35,643 nt of DNA from assembly GCA_011605835.1 (NCBI GenBank), contig JAAOZJ010000130.1:1-35643 (forward strand). The letters run 5' to 3'. Shown here one piece after another: positions 18,292-27,861 of this stretch. The notes under the pieces were generated by a model. That model was not told the origin of the DNA and did not search any database. It saw only the letters and a list, made by a program, of their open reading frames with translations. A program made the translations under genes and the position numbers. Origin of the DNA: Thermoproteota archaeon. GTDB taxonomy: Archaea > Thermoproteota > Methanomethylicia > Nezhaarchaeales > WYZ-LMO8. Every line of letters begins with the position of its first letter. Within the stretch, counting starts at the first letter, position 1.

Positions 18292-18482
18292 CTCAGCCTC
18301 TCCAGCTCGCGGACCTCCTCGCTCCTCTTCTTGTACTCCTTGTAGTGTCTCTTGCACAAGTACACCCTGCCCCGGGCTTCGGCCTCCACTTCGAAGTACT
18401 TCGAGGCTTCAGAGGCGGAGAGCGATCTGACGGCTGGCTCAGAGCAAAGAGAGCACTTCTCTCCCTTGGACACCTTGCCCAA
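18285..18482 (-). CDS. Small Zn-binding protein overlapping the polB start
   Basis: CSLC...YLCKRHY; TTG start at 18482 with GGAGGT upstream; its stop overlaps the polB start. Confidence 0.78.
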   Translation of the reverse strand: MGKVSKGEKCSLCSEPAVRSLSASEASKYFEVEAEARGRVYLCKRHYKEYKKRSEEVRELERLRW

Positions 18483-18582
18483 CACCCGTACCTCCAATCC
18501 TAGTGTGCGGCGGTCGATTTTAAGCTGTTGCGAAGGAAGCTTGGCGACAACAAAATATCTAGGAGGGCCGGAGTAGTGAAGA

Positions 18583-18673
18583 GGGCCCGTCGTCTAGCTT
18601 GGACAGGACGCCAGCCTGCGGATGACCAGTAGAGAGCTGGAGGTCCGGGGTTCAAGTCCCCGCGGGCCCGCCA
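18583..18673 (+). tRNA. tRNA-Arg(GCG) with 13-nt canonical intron (18622-18634) and encoded CCA
   Basis: GGGCCCG/CGGGCCC acceptor stem, CCAGC/GCTGG anticodon stem, TTCAAGT T-loop; BHB central helix CTGC/GTAG with 3-nt bulges. Confidence 0.92.
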
Positions 18674-19045
18674 CTAACTTGCAAGGATCGATGACATGTG
18701 AGGTCTAGGCCCTAGCCGTCCAATTCTCACAAACCTGTCGTTCTTAAAGCATCAGCCCAACAGCGATCTCGCCAAGCACTTCGGAGCCCTGCGTGAAAAC
18801 TATTTCCCCGAGACTATTCCTTTGCAAGGAATTGCCTTAGGGTTTCCGACTCCATTCAGGGCCTTCATCGACTACTTCGTGACCTCCACGGGCGACTCAA
18901 GGGCCTCGAGATCCTATGTCTTTGTCAGGTACTTCTCCGTGGCGCAGACCCTCGCTAAGCTCGTCGGCGCTACCATTACCAGCCGCTCGCCCCATGCTGG
19001 CTTGAGGGCGAAATTCTAATTATGGCAGTAGGCCTACTTATCTTG

Positions 19046-19222
19046 ATGAGCGAGCCGGGGAAGAAAAAGAGCGAGTGCGCCCACGACAAGCTAGAGTACT
19101 TGGGGGATCAAAAAGGCGAGAGAGGTGTCAACAAGTATTACAGATGCATGAGGTGTGGAAGCGTGCTAATACTGTCTGAGGACGGCACTTGGTACGAGGT
19201 GCCAGCGTCGAAGCAGCAATAG
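19046..19222 (+). CDS. Small Zn-ribbon protein
   Basis: CAH...YYRCMRCG pattern; ATG at 19046 preferred over 19022. Confidence 0.65.
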   Translation: MSEPGKKKSECAHDKLEYLGDQKGERGVNKYYRCMRCGSVLILSEDGTWYEVPASKQQ

Positions 19223-19549
19223 CGACGTCGTTGGAATTCCTCGATCACTTCGTCAAATGGCGCTTCACGAGCCGCTACCTTGTTTCAAGATCGTCTGGGA
19301 ACCGCCCGCACCCCTGCTAGCGTTTCCCCGACTAACGGTACTTGGTGGTATCTTTGGATATCTGCAGGCCGTTAGTGAGGGCCTAGGCGAGATCATCAAC
19401 ATCACCCGCATCTCATGGGCGTTAGTCGAGGCCGAATGCCACGGGCTCCCGATCGCCTCTCCTTCATCCCCTCATCGCGTCGCAATAAAGAGGATCTGAG
19501 CTTTCTATGGATAAATGCACTGCCATCATATCTGGCCTTGTTCTTGCAT

Positions 19550-21523
19550 CTACATTCTCTGGGCCAGCTTGAAGTTAAGAGCCTTCGCGCAACTTTCCAT
19601 GACTATCTTGAGCGAGTAGACCAGCATCAGCCTAGCCCTACGGGCCTCTTCGTCTTTCTCCCTTATCACATTCACCTTTTCGTAGTAGGAGTTGAAGACC
19701 TCGCTTATCTGGTTCAAGAAGCCCGTAAGCACCTCGGGCCTAAGCCCGTCGGCCGCCTCGACGAAGAGCTTGGGGTACTTGGCCATCTGGATGACCAGCT
19801 CCCGCTCGTACTCGTGGACCAACTTGGTCGTGTCCACGTCGGCCGTGGGCTCGAAATCGCTCTTCCTCAGAATCCCAAGGGCCCTCACGTAGGTGTAGTT
19901 TATGAAGGGGAAGCTGTTCCTCTCGAAGTTGACTACCTGCTCCCAGTCGAAGGTTATGGGCTTGCTGGCTGTGACGTTTAAGAGCGCATACCTGACAGCC
20001 CCAACGCCCACGACCTCGGCTATCTCCTCCTTCTCCTCCTCGCTCAGCCTCCAGCCTCTCTTCTCAACCTCCAGCTTCACCCTGCCGACCGCCTCGTTGA
20101 GTAAGTCGTCGAGTGCGACGTACCTGCCCCTCCTGCTCGACATCTTGGCCCCCGGGAGCTTCACCAGCTCGTAGGCGTAGTGCAGATAGCGGGACTCGAC
20201 GTCCTTGACCCCTAGGAGGGCGAGCGCAACCCTCAGCTGCAACTGAGCCATGCTCTGCTCTGCTCCTATGACGTTTATGACCTTGTCAGCCCTCCTGAGC
20301 TTCCAGAGCGCGTAGGCTATGTCCCTCGTCGTGTAGAGGGTCGTCCCGTCGGCCCTCTTCAGCGTGAGCTTCGGTATCTCCTTGTTGGCTAGGCCCCATT
20401 TCTCCTTAAGGCCGAGGGCCGAGGCCACCGCGTCGACGTCGAGCACGAGGGCCCCTTGAGAGGTGTCTAGGGCCCAGGGAGCCAAGTCCCTTATCCTCTC
20501 TATCGCCTCCTCCGTCGCCCCGCTCCATACAGTCAGCTCGCTCTCCCAGTCCCACTCGTCGAACTCGATCCTCATTCGGGATAGGGTCTGCCTGAAGCCC
20601 TCTATGACGGCACTACAGAGCTCCCTCACCGCCTTCACGGCCTCCCTCGCCCCCTCCTCGTAGTCCCTGTTGAGCTTAGATATCGCCGCCCTGGGGTCCC
20701 CGTCCTCCTTCATCCTGTCCAAGAGGTGGTCGAAGAGCTCGGGGTCCCTGCTCCTCAGCTCGTAGGCTATCCCCACCCACTCGTCGAGCTCCTTCATCAG
20801 CTCGCGCCTCGCCTCGTCGTCTTGAGCACTCTCGATCCTCTTCCTGAGCTCCGATATCTCCACTATGGCATTAGTCATCGGGTACACGAGCCCCACCACG
20901 TGGTCTGGCTTCCCCCTCCCTCCCCCGAGCCTGTCCCTGACCTTGGAGTAGCCGTAGGCCGCTATCATGACCTGGAGGCCGACGTCGTTCACGTAGAAGT
21001 GGGTCTCGACGACATGGCCCCGAGCCCTGAGGAGCGAGGCTAGGCTGTCGCCTATGACCGCGTTCCTCGCGGTCCCTATCGTCAGGGGGTGGACGGGGTT
21101 GCCGCTCGTGTGCTCCACTATTATCTTGAGGGGCCTGTCGACCTTCACGAGCCCGTAGTCCGGCCCCAGCTCGACCACGGCCTTGAAGAGCTCTCGGGCC
21201 AGCTCGAAGTGGTTGGCGTAGAAGTTCACGTAGCCCGAGCCCGCGGGCTCCACTCTGCCCACGTACTTCCTATCCATAGAGGCTATCTTGAGTGCGAGCT
21301 CGTCGGCGAGCTCCTTGGGCCTCTTGCCCATGGCCCTTGCGAGCTCGAAGCAGGGAAAGGCGAGCTCGCCCATCTCCTTTGAAGGAGGGACCTCCAGCCC
21401 CCTGGTCAAAGTTCTCTCGACTACTTCTCTCGCCTCTTCTGCCAGCTCGCCGAGCGAGGCCCTGAGCAGTCTAAAGCATTCCTCCTCGAACAGCCGGAAG
21501 GGCACGGGGTTCGCCATACCCAT
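19550..21523 (-). CDS. argS: Arginine--tRNA ligase
   Basis: EHTSGNPVHPLTIGTARN, FYVNDVG, RADGTTLYTTRDIAY, KMSSRRG, YTYVRA and the DALR domain with FNSYYE. Confidence 0.96.
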   Translation of the reverse strand: MGMANPVPFRLFEEECFRLLRASLGELAEEAREVVERTLTRGLEVPPSKEMGELAFPCFELARAMGKRPKELADELALKIASMDRKYVGRVEPAGSGYVNFYANHFELARELFKAVVELGPDYGLVKVDRPLKIIVEHTSGNPVHPLTIGTARNAVIGDSLASLLRARGHVVETHFYVNDVGLQVMIAAYGYSKVRDRLGGGRGKPDHVVGLVYPMTNAIVEISELRKRIESAQDDEARRELMKELDEWVGIAYELRSRDPELFDHLLDRMKEDGDPRAAISKLNRDYEEGAREAVKAVRELCSAVIEGFRQTLSRMRIEFDEWDWESELTVWSGATEEAIERIRDLAPWALDTSQGALVLDVDAVASALGLKEKWGLANKEIPKLTLKRADGTTLYTTRDIAYALWKLRRADKVINVIGAEQSMAQLQLRVALALLGVKDVESRYLHYAYELVKLPGAKMSSRRGRYVALDDLLNEAVGRVKLEVEKRGWRLSEEEKEEIAEVVGVGAVRYALLNVTASKPITFDWEQVVNFERNSFPFINYTYVRALGILRKSDFEPTADVDTTKLVHEYERELVIQMAKYPKLFVEAADGLRPEVLTGFLNQISEVFNSYYEKVNVIREKDEEARRARLMLVYSLKIVMESCAKALNFKLAQRM

Positions 21524-21614
21524 CAACGTTGAGGGCCTTGTACTGTTCTAGCGTGCTGTCTCGCTAGGTATTAACCTTGTCCTTGAAAGGCGATGAACGA
21601 AGGCCTCGAATCCC

Positions 21615-21950
21615 CTAGCCCAAGAGCTTCTCCGGTATGCTCTTGGAGGCGACGAGTGTTGGGATTCCGGCGACCCGCGCCGTCACTAGTATGGTCTCGA
21701 TCATCTCATCCTTCGTCGCGCCAGCCTCGAGGGCCCTAGCTAAGACCTTGCGCGCCTGCCTCTCCTCGACTCCTTGGCAGATGCTAAGGGCCAGTGCTAT
21801 CAAGCGCTTGTACTTGAGAGGCAATGCTCCATCCCTCCATATCGTGGAGTAGAGGGACTTGATGGCCTCCCGGAGCTGAGGGTCGACCTTGTCAGCAACC
21901 TCAAGAGACTCAATGGGCTCCTTACAACCTCTAGCTCGACTCATACACAT
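21615..21950 (-). CDS. Carboxymuconolactone decarboxylase (CMD) family protein without CxxC
   Basis: DGALPLKYKRLIALAL...RALEAGATKDEM. Confidence 0.85.
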   Translation of the reverse strand: MCMSRARGCKEPIESLEVADKVDPQLREAIKSLYSTIWRDGALPLKYKRLIALALSICQGVEERQARKVLARALEAGATKDEMIETILVTARVAGIPTLVASKSIPEKLLG

Positions 21951-22126
21951 TCTCCTACAGGTTTTTGGTTATCGTCGTACTAAATTAAACTTGCTACTAC
22001 ATGTACGAAATCGAAGGTCATAACGTTAGGCTTGTCACGCTACAGCGAGATATTTGGGCTGCCGGAAATCCTGAAGAGGACTCGATGCTTCGGGGTCGGC
22101 CACTTAGCCGTCCATGGCGCTGGACT

Positions 22127-22465
22127 TTACGTGCACAGGAGCTCCTTGGCCGCTTTATACGCCTTAGCTCCGTAGGCCAGCGACGGCCCACCACCCATGG
22201 CCACCGCCACCTCTATCACCTCGACCACCTCGTCGATGCTCGCCCCAGCCTTTGCTGCTTCGCTCAGATGCCTCATGGTGCAGGGCTCGCACCTTATGGC
22301 TATCGATATCCCGAGGGCGAGGAGCTCCTTAAACTTCCTGTCCAAGACCTTGGACCCTTTGGCCTTCTCCGAGTACTCCCCGAATATCCGTAGCTCGGGA
22401 GCCCTCGAGAAAAGCTCCTTCAAGTTCTCGTCGAGCTCCTCCAGAATCTTCTTGGCCTCGCCCAT
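22127..22465 (-). CDS. CMD/AhpD-like protein with CxxC
   Basis: LDRKFKELLALGI..IRCEPCTMRH...AGAS..E...MGGGP. Confidence 0.9.
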   Translation of the reverse strand: MGEAKKILEELDENLKELFSRAPELRIFGEYSEKAKGSKVLDRKFKELLALGISIAIRCEPCTMRHLSEAAKAGASIDEVVEVIEVAVAMGGGPSLAYGAKAYKAAKELLCT

Positions 22466-22787
22466 ACCTCGTTGCCACTAGCCATCTGCTCAGCCTTCTA
22501 TTAAGGCTTTTCTTGAGGTACATAATGCTCGAACGCCGAAGAAACTGGAGCGCTTTGAGGACTCTTCTCAAGACTCGGGCTTCACATGCACCTCACTCTA
22601 CATGGTAAGCCATTGCTCTTTCGAGTGTCCATCAGACTTCGATTTGGGTTCCTAGAAAAGCTCACAAATACGCCTTGCTCGCTAAAAGTGTCCTCGAGAC
22701 TTCCAAGGTCAACAAATAATGGTGTTATCTACGTTGGAAAGACTTATTAAAACGCGGTAACATAGAACCAGAGGACTGTAACACGAG

Positions 22788-23480
22788 GTGGCCTATGTGG
22801 TTGACTCGTCCCTCGTCGAGAGAGCAAGGGAGCTCCACGGCCACATATGCCCCTTTGTAGTCTTGGGCTTGAGAGCCTCGGAGATAGCCATGAAGAGGCT
22901 GGGCATCGAGAAGGCGGGCGAGGCGGAGACCGTGGGCGAGGAGATCCTAGCCATAGTCGAGTGCAACAACTGCTTCGCCGATGGGGTGCAAGTCGCGACG
23001 GGCTGCACGCTCGGGAACAACAGCTTGATATACTTGGATTTGGGCAAGAACGCCGTCACCTTGGTCAAGAGGGGCAACTGGAGGGGGATCAGGGTCTACG
23101 TGGACTTCGATAGGCTGAGGAGCCTCTACTTCAGCGAAGATGCCTTGAAGCTCTTCGAGAAGGTGGTCGTGAAGAGAGAGGGGACAAGAGAGGACCAGGA
23201 GAGGCTCGGGAAGCTTTGGACCGAGATCGGCCTGTCGCTCGCGAGCGCGCCCGAGGATCTCTTTAAGGTGGAGGAGGTGAGGGTTGCTGAAATCGAGAGG
23301 GCCCCGATATTCGAGAGCGTAAGGTGCGAGGGTTGCGGAGAGCTCGCCATGGCTACGAGGGTTCGTGAGGTCGACGGCAAGAGGCTCTGTCTAGGTTGCG
23401 TGGGCGAGTGCGAGGCAGTGGTCGGGAGGGGCATAGTCTCGAGCTTCAAGGTCCCGCTCTCGAGGGGTGGAAGGCCGTGA
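22788..23480 (+). CDS. FmdE/FwdE family protein with C-terminal Zn finger
   Basis: HGHICP..LGLR, ECNNCFADGVQVATGCTLG and CEGCGE...CLGC. Confidence 0.9.
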   Translation: MAYVVDSSLVERARELHGHICPFVVLGLRASEIAMKRLGIEKAGEAETVGEEILAIVECNNCFADGVQVATGCTLGNNSLIYLDLGKNAVTLVKRGNWRGIRVYVDFDRLRSLYFSEDALKLFEKVVVKREGTREDQERLGKLWTEIGLSLASAPEDLFKVEEVRVAEIERAPIFESVRCEGCGELAMATRVREVDGKRLCLGCVGECEAVVGRGIVSSFKVPLSRGGRP

Positions 23481-24625
23481 AGAGAGGCTTGACGAAGGTA
23501 CAAGCAGTCGCGTTGGTAGCGATCGCGGTAATAGCGGTCGCAATAGCTTATCTATCGCTCAGCTACCTTGGACCATCCCAGCAGAAGCAAGCTCCTGCGA
23601 GCCCCGTGGTCGTGACCGACATCCTAGGGCGCAACATCACGTTGCCTAGCAAGGTCCAAAAGATCGTCGCAATAGGACCTGGGATGCTCAGGCTCGTGTG
23701 CTACTTGAATGCCACGGAGCTACTCGTAGGGGTCGAGGAGAGCGAGACGAAGTGGGGCTTCACTGGCCGAGACTACGCCATGGCCTACGGCGAGCTCTTT
23801 AAGGGCCTGCCAGTGATAGGGCCTGGCGGCCCTGGCAAACCTCCAGCGCCCGAGCTCATAATAGCTGCCAAGCCCGACGTGGTCATAATGAGCAGGACTT
23901 ACTGCGAGTTCTACGACCCCGATAGGCTCCAGAAGGAAGTCAACGCGACCGTCATAGTCATGGACTACGGCCCCGCGGGGTACCTCGACGTCGAGGCCAT
24001 CTCCAAGGCCTTAACGACCCTAGGGAAGGTCCTGAACCGCGAGGAGAGGGCCAAGCAACTAGTCGACCTCATTAAGAGCGTGTGCGAGGACCTAGACAAA
24101 AGGACCAAGGACGTGAGCTCGAGGCCTAAGGTCTACGTGGGGGCGGTGTCGTACAGAGGGCCTCAACCGTTCACGTCGACTCAATCGCCCTTCCCGCCTC
24201 TAGCCCTGTTGAACACACCGTCTATAGCCGACAAGTACGCTAAGCCCAGCGGCTTCGTCAGCTTGGACTTCGAGGTGATAATAGCGGAGCAACCCAAGGT
24301 GATATTCATAGACGAAAACAATCTACAGACCGTGAAGATGGACTTCGACAAAGATCCCAATAAGTACTTGCAGCTAGAGGCCTTTAAGGAGGGCAGGGTC
24401 TACGGCACTCTGCCATACAATTACTACCACACTAACATCGCAGTCGCTCTGGCCAACGCATACTACATAGGCAAGATATTGTACCCAGACAAGTTCAAGG
24501 ACGTGGACCCCGAGAAGAAGGCTGACGAGATATTTCAAGCGTTCCTCGGAAAGCCCCTCTATCGTGCTTATGCTGAAGCGTACGGAGGCTTCAGGTGCTT
24601 AGCGGGCTTCTTCAGGGTGCCATAG
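23477..24625 (+). CDS. ABC transporter substrate-binding protein (Fe-siderophore/cobalamin class)
   Basis: N-terminal TM anchor; VTDILGRNITLP and ELIIAAKPDVVI; GTG start overlaps the fmdE stop (GTGA). Confidence 0.9.
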   Translation: MKRGLTKVQAVALVAIAVIAVAIAYLSLSYLGPSQQKQAPASPVVVTDILGRNITLPSKVQKIVAIGPGMLRLVCYLNATELLVGVEESETKWGFTGRDYAMAYGELFKGLPVIGPGGPGKPPAPELIIAAKPDVVIMSRTYCEFYDPDRLQKEVNATVIVMDYGPAGYLDVEAISKALTTLGKVLNREERAKQLVDLIKSVCEDLDKRTKDVSSRPKVYVGAVSYRGPQPFTSTQSPFPPLALLNTPSIADKYAKPSGFVSLDFEVIIAEQPKVIFIDENNLQTVKMDFDKDPNKYLQLEAFKEGRVYGTLPYNYYHTNIAVALANAYYIGKILYPDKFKDVDPEKKADEIFQAFLGKPLYRAYAEAYGGFRCLAGFFRVP

Positions 24626-25669
24626 ATGAGGGGCTCGGCCCCTAGAAAACGGGCAATACTGACCGCCCTAATCCTCCTCACCTTCTTTTTGGTCCCGTTG
24701 TCAATCTGGTTGGGCTACTACAAGGCTTCGATGGCCGACATCCTCCGCGTGCTCTTCATGCCCGACAACAGCCCCCTGTCGACCGTAGTGTGGGACTTGA
24801 GGCTCAGGAGGATCTTGGCAGCCATAGTAATAGGTGCCGTCTTGGGAGGAGCTGGCGCCGCCATTCAAGCTGTCATGCGCAACCCCTTGGCCTCGCCGTT
24901 CACCTTTGGCCTCTCATTCGCCGCCTCCCTCGGGGTGGCCGTCGCTCTCTTGATACTGCAGGGAGGAGCTCTTCAGCGCTACCAGATCTATGTCTACAAC
25001 CCGTTTATGGTCTCGATGTGCGCGTTCGCCTTCTCGCTTGTCCAAGTATTGGTAGTCCTCTTGCTGGCGTACAAGGCTGGGCTGAGCGCTGGCTCTCTGG
25101 TACTATCGGCTATAGCCACTTCATTCGCCTACCAAGCCGTGCTGTACCTTCTGCAGTACTTCTACCTCAACGAAGTATTGGTCTCAACCGTGGTTTTCTG
25201 GACATTCGGGGACTTGGGGAGGATATCTTGGGAGGAGCTCAGGCTCGTCGCAACGGCCTCGGCCCTCTTAGTCATCCCCTACTTCATCTACAGGAGCTTG
25301 GACTACGACCTGATCTTGGGGGGAGACGAGCTGGCCAAGTCCTCTGGCGTAAGCCCTGAGAGGTTGAGAGTGGAGACAACGGTCCTCGCGGCCTTAGGGA
25401 CCGCGTTGGCAACGTCGTTCGTTGGGGTCATAGGCTTCGTCTGCCTTCTAGCCCCTCACGCCGCTAGGTTACTTGTCGGCGGTGGGCATAGGTACTTGAT
25501 GCCGACGTCCATGGTCATGGGCTCCCTCATACTTTTGCTCTCCGACACGCTCGGCCGGACGATAATCTCGCCCATAGTCATTCCGGTGGGGATAATGACC
25601 TCCTTGCTCGGCGTCCCGCTCTTGGTCTACCTGTTAATCAGAGGTGGCGGACATGGTTATAGAGATTGA
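24626..25669 (+). CDS. FecCD/BtuC-type ABC permease
   Basis: WDLRLRR, RNPLASPFTFG, AKSSGV, GVIGFVCLLAPHAAR and IPVGIMTSLLGVP. Confidence 0.95.
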   Translation: MRGSAPRKRAILTALILLTFFLVPLSIWLGYYKASMADILRVLFMPDNSPLSTVVWDLRLRRILAAIVIGAVLGGAGAAIQAVMRNPLASPFTFGLSFAASLGVAVALLILQGGALQRYQIYVYNPFMVSMCAFAFSLVQVLVVLLLAYKAGLSAGSLVLSAIATSFAYQAVLYLLQYFYLNEVLVSTVVFWTFGDLGRISWEELRLVATASALLVIPYFIYRSLDYDLILGGDELAKSSGVSPERLRVETTVLAALGTALATSFVGVIGFVCLLAPHAARLLVGGGHRYLMPTSMVMGSLILLLSDTLGRTIISPIVIPVGIMTSLLGVPLLVYLLIRGGGHGYRD

Positions 25670-26411
25670 AGTGAGGGGCGTGAAGGTGTATTACAAGAGC
25701 GTGAGGGCGCTCGACGGCGTATCCTTGAGCGTGAGGAATGGCGAAGTCCTATCGATAATAGGGCCCAACGGAGCTGGCAAGAGCACTCTTCTGAGGGTGA
25801 TAAACGGAGTCTTGAAGCCCCACGTGGGGACGGTCCTCATAGACAAGACGTCCCTTCACGACTTGCGGCCGAGGGACGTAGCTAGAAAGGTAGGATACGT
25901 GCCGCAAAGATTGCGAGCCACGGGCATGCTGACAGTCTACGACTTCGTCATGACCGGCAGGAGGCCCCACGTGAGCTTCGCACCAACTAAGGAGGATGAG
26001 GAGAAGGTCTACGAAGCGCTTAAGGTTGTTAGGCTTTCCGACCTCGCCGACAGAGCTCTGGAGGAGCTGAGCGGAGGAGAGCTCCAGAGAGCCGTGATAG
26101 CTAGAGCCCTAGCGGGGGAGCCGGAGGTAGTGCTCTTAGACGAGCCCACAAGCAACTTAGACCTTAAGTACCAGCTAGAGGTCTTGAGCCTCGTGAGGTC
26201 TCTCAGCAATAGGGGCTTGATAGTCATAATGGCACTGCACGACCTCACTCAGGCCTACAGGGCTTCTGACAAAATCCTGTTGTTGAACAGCGGCAAGGTC
26301 GTCGCTGTTGGAGATCCCGACGAAGTCCTCCGGCCAGATCTGATATCGAAGGTCTACGGAGTCCCGGTGATAATCATCAAGGAGCACAAAATAATCGTGC
26401 CATTGTTCTAG
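25653..26411 (+). CDS. ABC transporter ATP-binding protein
   Basis: GPNGAGKST, LSGGELQR, LLDEPTSNLD and HDL. Confidence 0.96.
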   Translation: MVIEIEVRGVKVYYKSVRALDGVSLSVRNGEVLSIIGPNGAGKSTLLRVINGVLKPHVGTVLIDKTSLHDLRPRDVARKVGYVPQRLRATGMLTVYDFVMTGRRPHVSFAPTKEDEEKVYEALKVVRLSDLADRALEELSGGELQRAVIARALAGEPEVVLLDEPTSNLDLKYQLEVLSLVRSLSNRGLIVIMALHDLTQAYRASDKILLLNSGKVVAVGDPDEVLRPDLISKVYGVPVIIIKEHKIIVPLF

Positions 26412-26512
26412 GGGCTCTGACAACACTGAAGGAGTCATCAGCTCACGGAGGATTAATTGGTGGGACAGGAAAAATTATAAGTGGGTTCTTAGCCCTTTGC
26501 ATAGGTGGGACC

Positions 26513-26785
26513 ATGAATGTCCTAAGGGTTAGGAGGGCCGACGCGAAGGGCAGGGTTTACCTATCGAAGGAGTTGAAGGGCTTGGAGCTCTACATGGCTG
26601 AACTTGATGGCGTAATCCTCCTCTCTACCTCAAGGGAGCGTATCTTGTCGGCCGTCGAGCAACTGGCACCTCGCAACGCCCTAAGGGAGTATCTCGCAAT
26701 CTTAGAGGAGCTCGAAGAGCCTGCTCCAAAGGAGGTCGAGGCTCTTGCGAGGTCGGGAGCGTGGAGGAGCGTGGAGGAGCAATAG
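26513..26785 (+). CDS. AbrB/VapB-type antitoxin
   Basis: RRADAKGRVYL swapped-hairpin motif; overlaps the downstream PIN gene. Confidence 0.75.
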   Translation: MNVLRVRRADAKGRVYLSKELKGLELYMAELDGVILLSTSRERILSAVEQLAPRNALREYLAILEELEEPAPKEVEALARSGAWRSVEEQ

Positions 26786-27183
26786 TTGACACGTGCGTCT
26801 TGGCATCTAAGAAACTTGGAGCTCTGAAAGCTCTTAACGTAAAGCCATACGTCACTCCTGTCGTCCTACTCGAGTACTTCAACTGGGCGCTGGAATCAAG
26901 AAACCTCAGGTTAGCGAGAGGAGACGTCGAGAGGGCTAAAGGTTATGAGCGCTTAATCGAGTTGCTACCTTTGGTGTTAGCGGAGCTCGGGATGGAAGTC
27001 TTAGAGCAGAGGTTTACGATCGCAGAGCTCAGAGAAGTCGCTAACTTGATCTTACAACGAAGCGTGGACCCCGGAGATGCGCTCAACGCGGTCACGGCCA
27101 AGAAGGAGAAGATGGGCATCGTGACGCTTGACGAAGACTGGCAACGCCTCTCGGATTACGTGACCGCCGTGATCACTCTCTGA
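26761..27183 (+). CDS. vapC: PIN-domain VapC-like toxin
   Basis: IVDTCVL, VLLEY, DPGDAL and TLDEDW acidic active-site pattern. Confidence 0.85.
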   Translation: MEERGGAIVDTCVLASKKLGALKALNVKPYVTPVVLLEYFNWALESRNLRLARGDVERAKGYERLIELLPLVLAELGMEVLEQRFTIAELREVANLILQRSVDPGDALNAVTAKKEKMGIVTLDEDWQRLSDYVTAVITL

Positions 27184-27461
27184 GTCGCTACGCCATCGAG
27201 AAGGTCTCGTGAAGTCTGGAGGTCAAAGCAATTTTCCTGGTATTTTTTAGCGTTAGAGGTTATGCCTGAGCTACGATATGTTCCATTCGTTATGCAGTAA
27301 TGAGCACATAATTAATGCTTGAAAGATAGAAAGCGGTGAGCATTTTCATCGCACGGCAGGTTTTCATGATAAAAAGACGTCGTCTACCATATTAACCTCG
27401 ACCCTTCTCAGCAACTCGAGAAAAATAGTTAAAGAGGCCGAAAAGAGAATCAGCTCGGCGC

Positions 27462-27861
27462 TTGAGATTGAGCTTCGAGGAGGCCGAAAAGCTGAGGAAA
27501 AGAGCTGAGGGTTTCCTCAGGAACGCCATGCGCTTAATTGATGAAGGAGAGGCCGACTTGGCCATCTCTAACCTAGAACAGTGCTGCCAGACTCATGCTC
27601 AAGTACAGGTTGCTGATCACAAAGGGAACGTACTTGCGGACGCGCTCGCTCAGGAGGCTGATAAAGGAGCTCGGAGAGGTGGACTCAAGGGTCTTGACGT
27701 TGATCAGCGACTTAAGGAACTTGCACTACGTCGCGCGCCTCGAGGAGTCCTACATAGCTTCGAGGTACCTCCCCATCGAGTATACAATAGAGGAGGTCAA
27801 GGACGTTGCCAAGTTTGTCTTGGAGGTGTTCAAGCCGCTTGTCGAGTCAGCGCAGGCCTGA
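27462..27861 (+). pseudogene. HEPN-domain gene split by a +1 frameshift near 27591
   Basis: One frame gives ...RAEGFLRNA...DLAISNLEQCCQ; removing A27591 from CAG-A-CTC-ATG-CTC joins it to LMLKYRL...LEESYIASRY. Confidence 0.8.

Noticed and set aside
26759..26780. 10-nt tandem repeat GTGGAGGAGC
   Set aside because: Only two units at the antitoxin/toxin overlap, and both frames are intact; not an array.
27585..27600. Programmed frameshift in HEPN
   Set aside because: No slippery heptamer or homopolymer, and other lesions point to decay.
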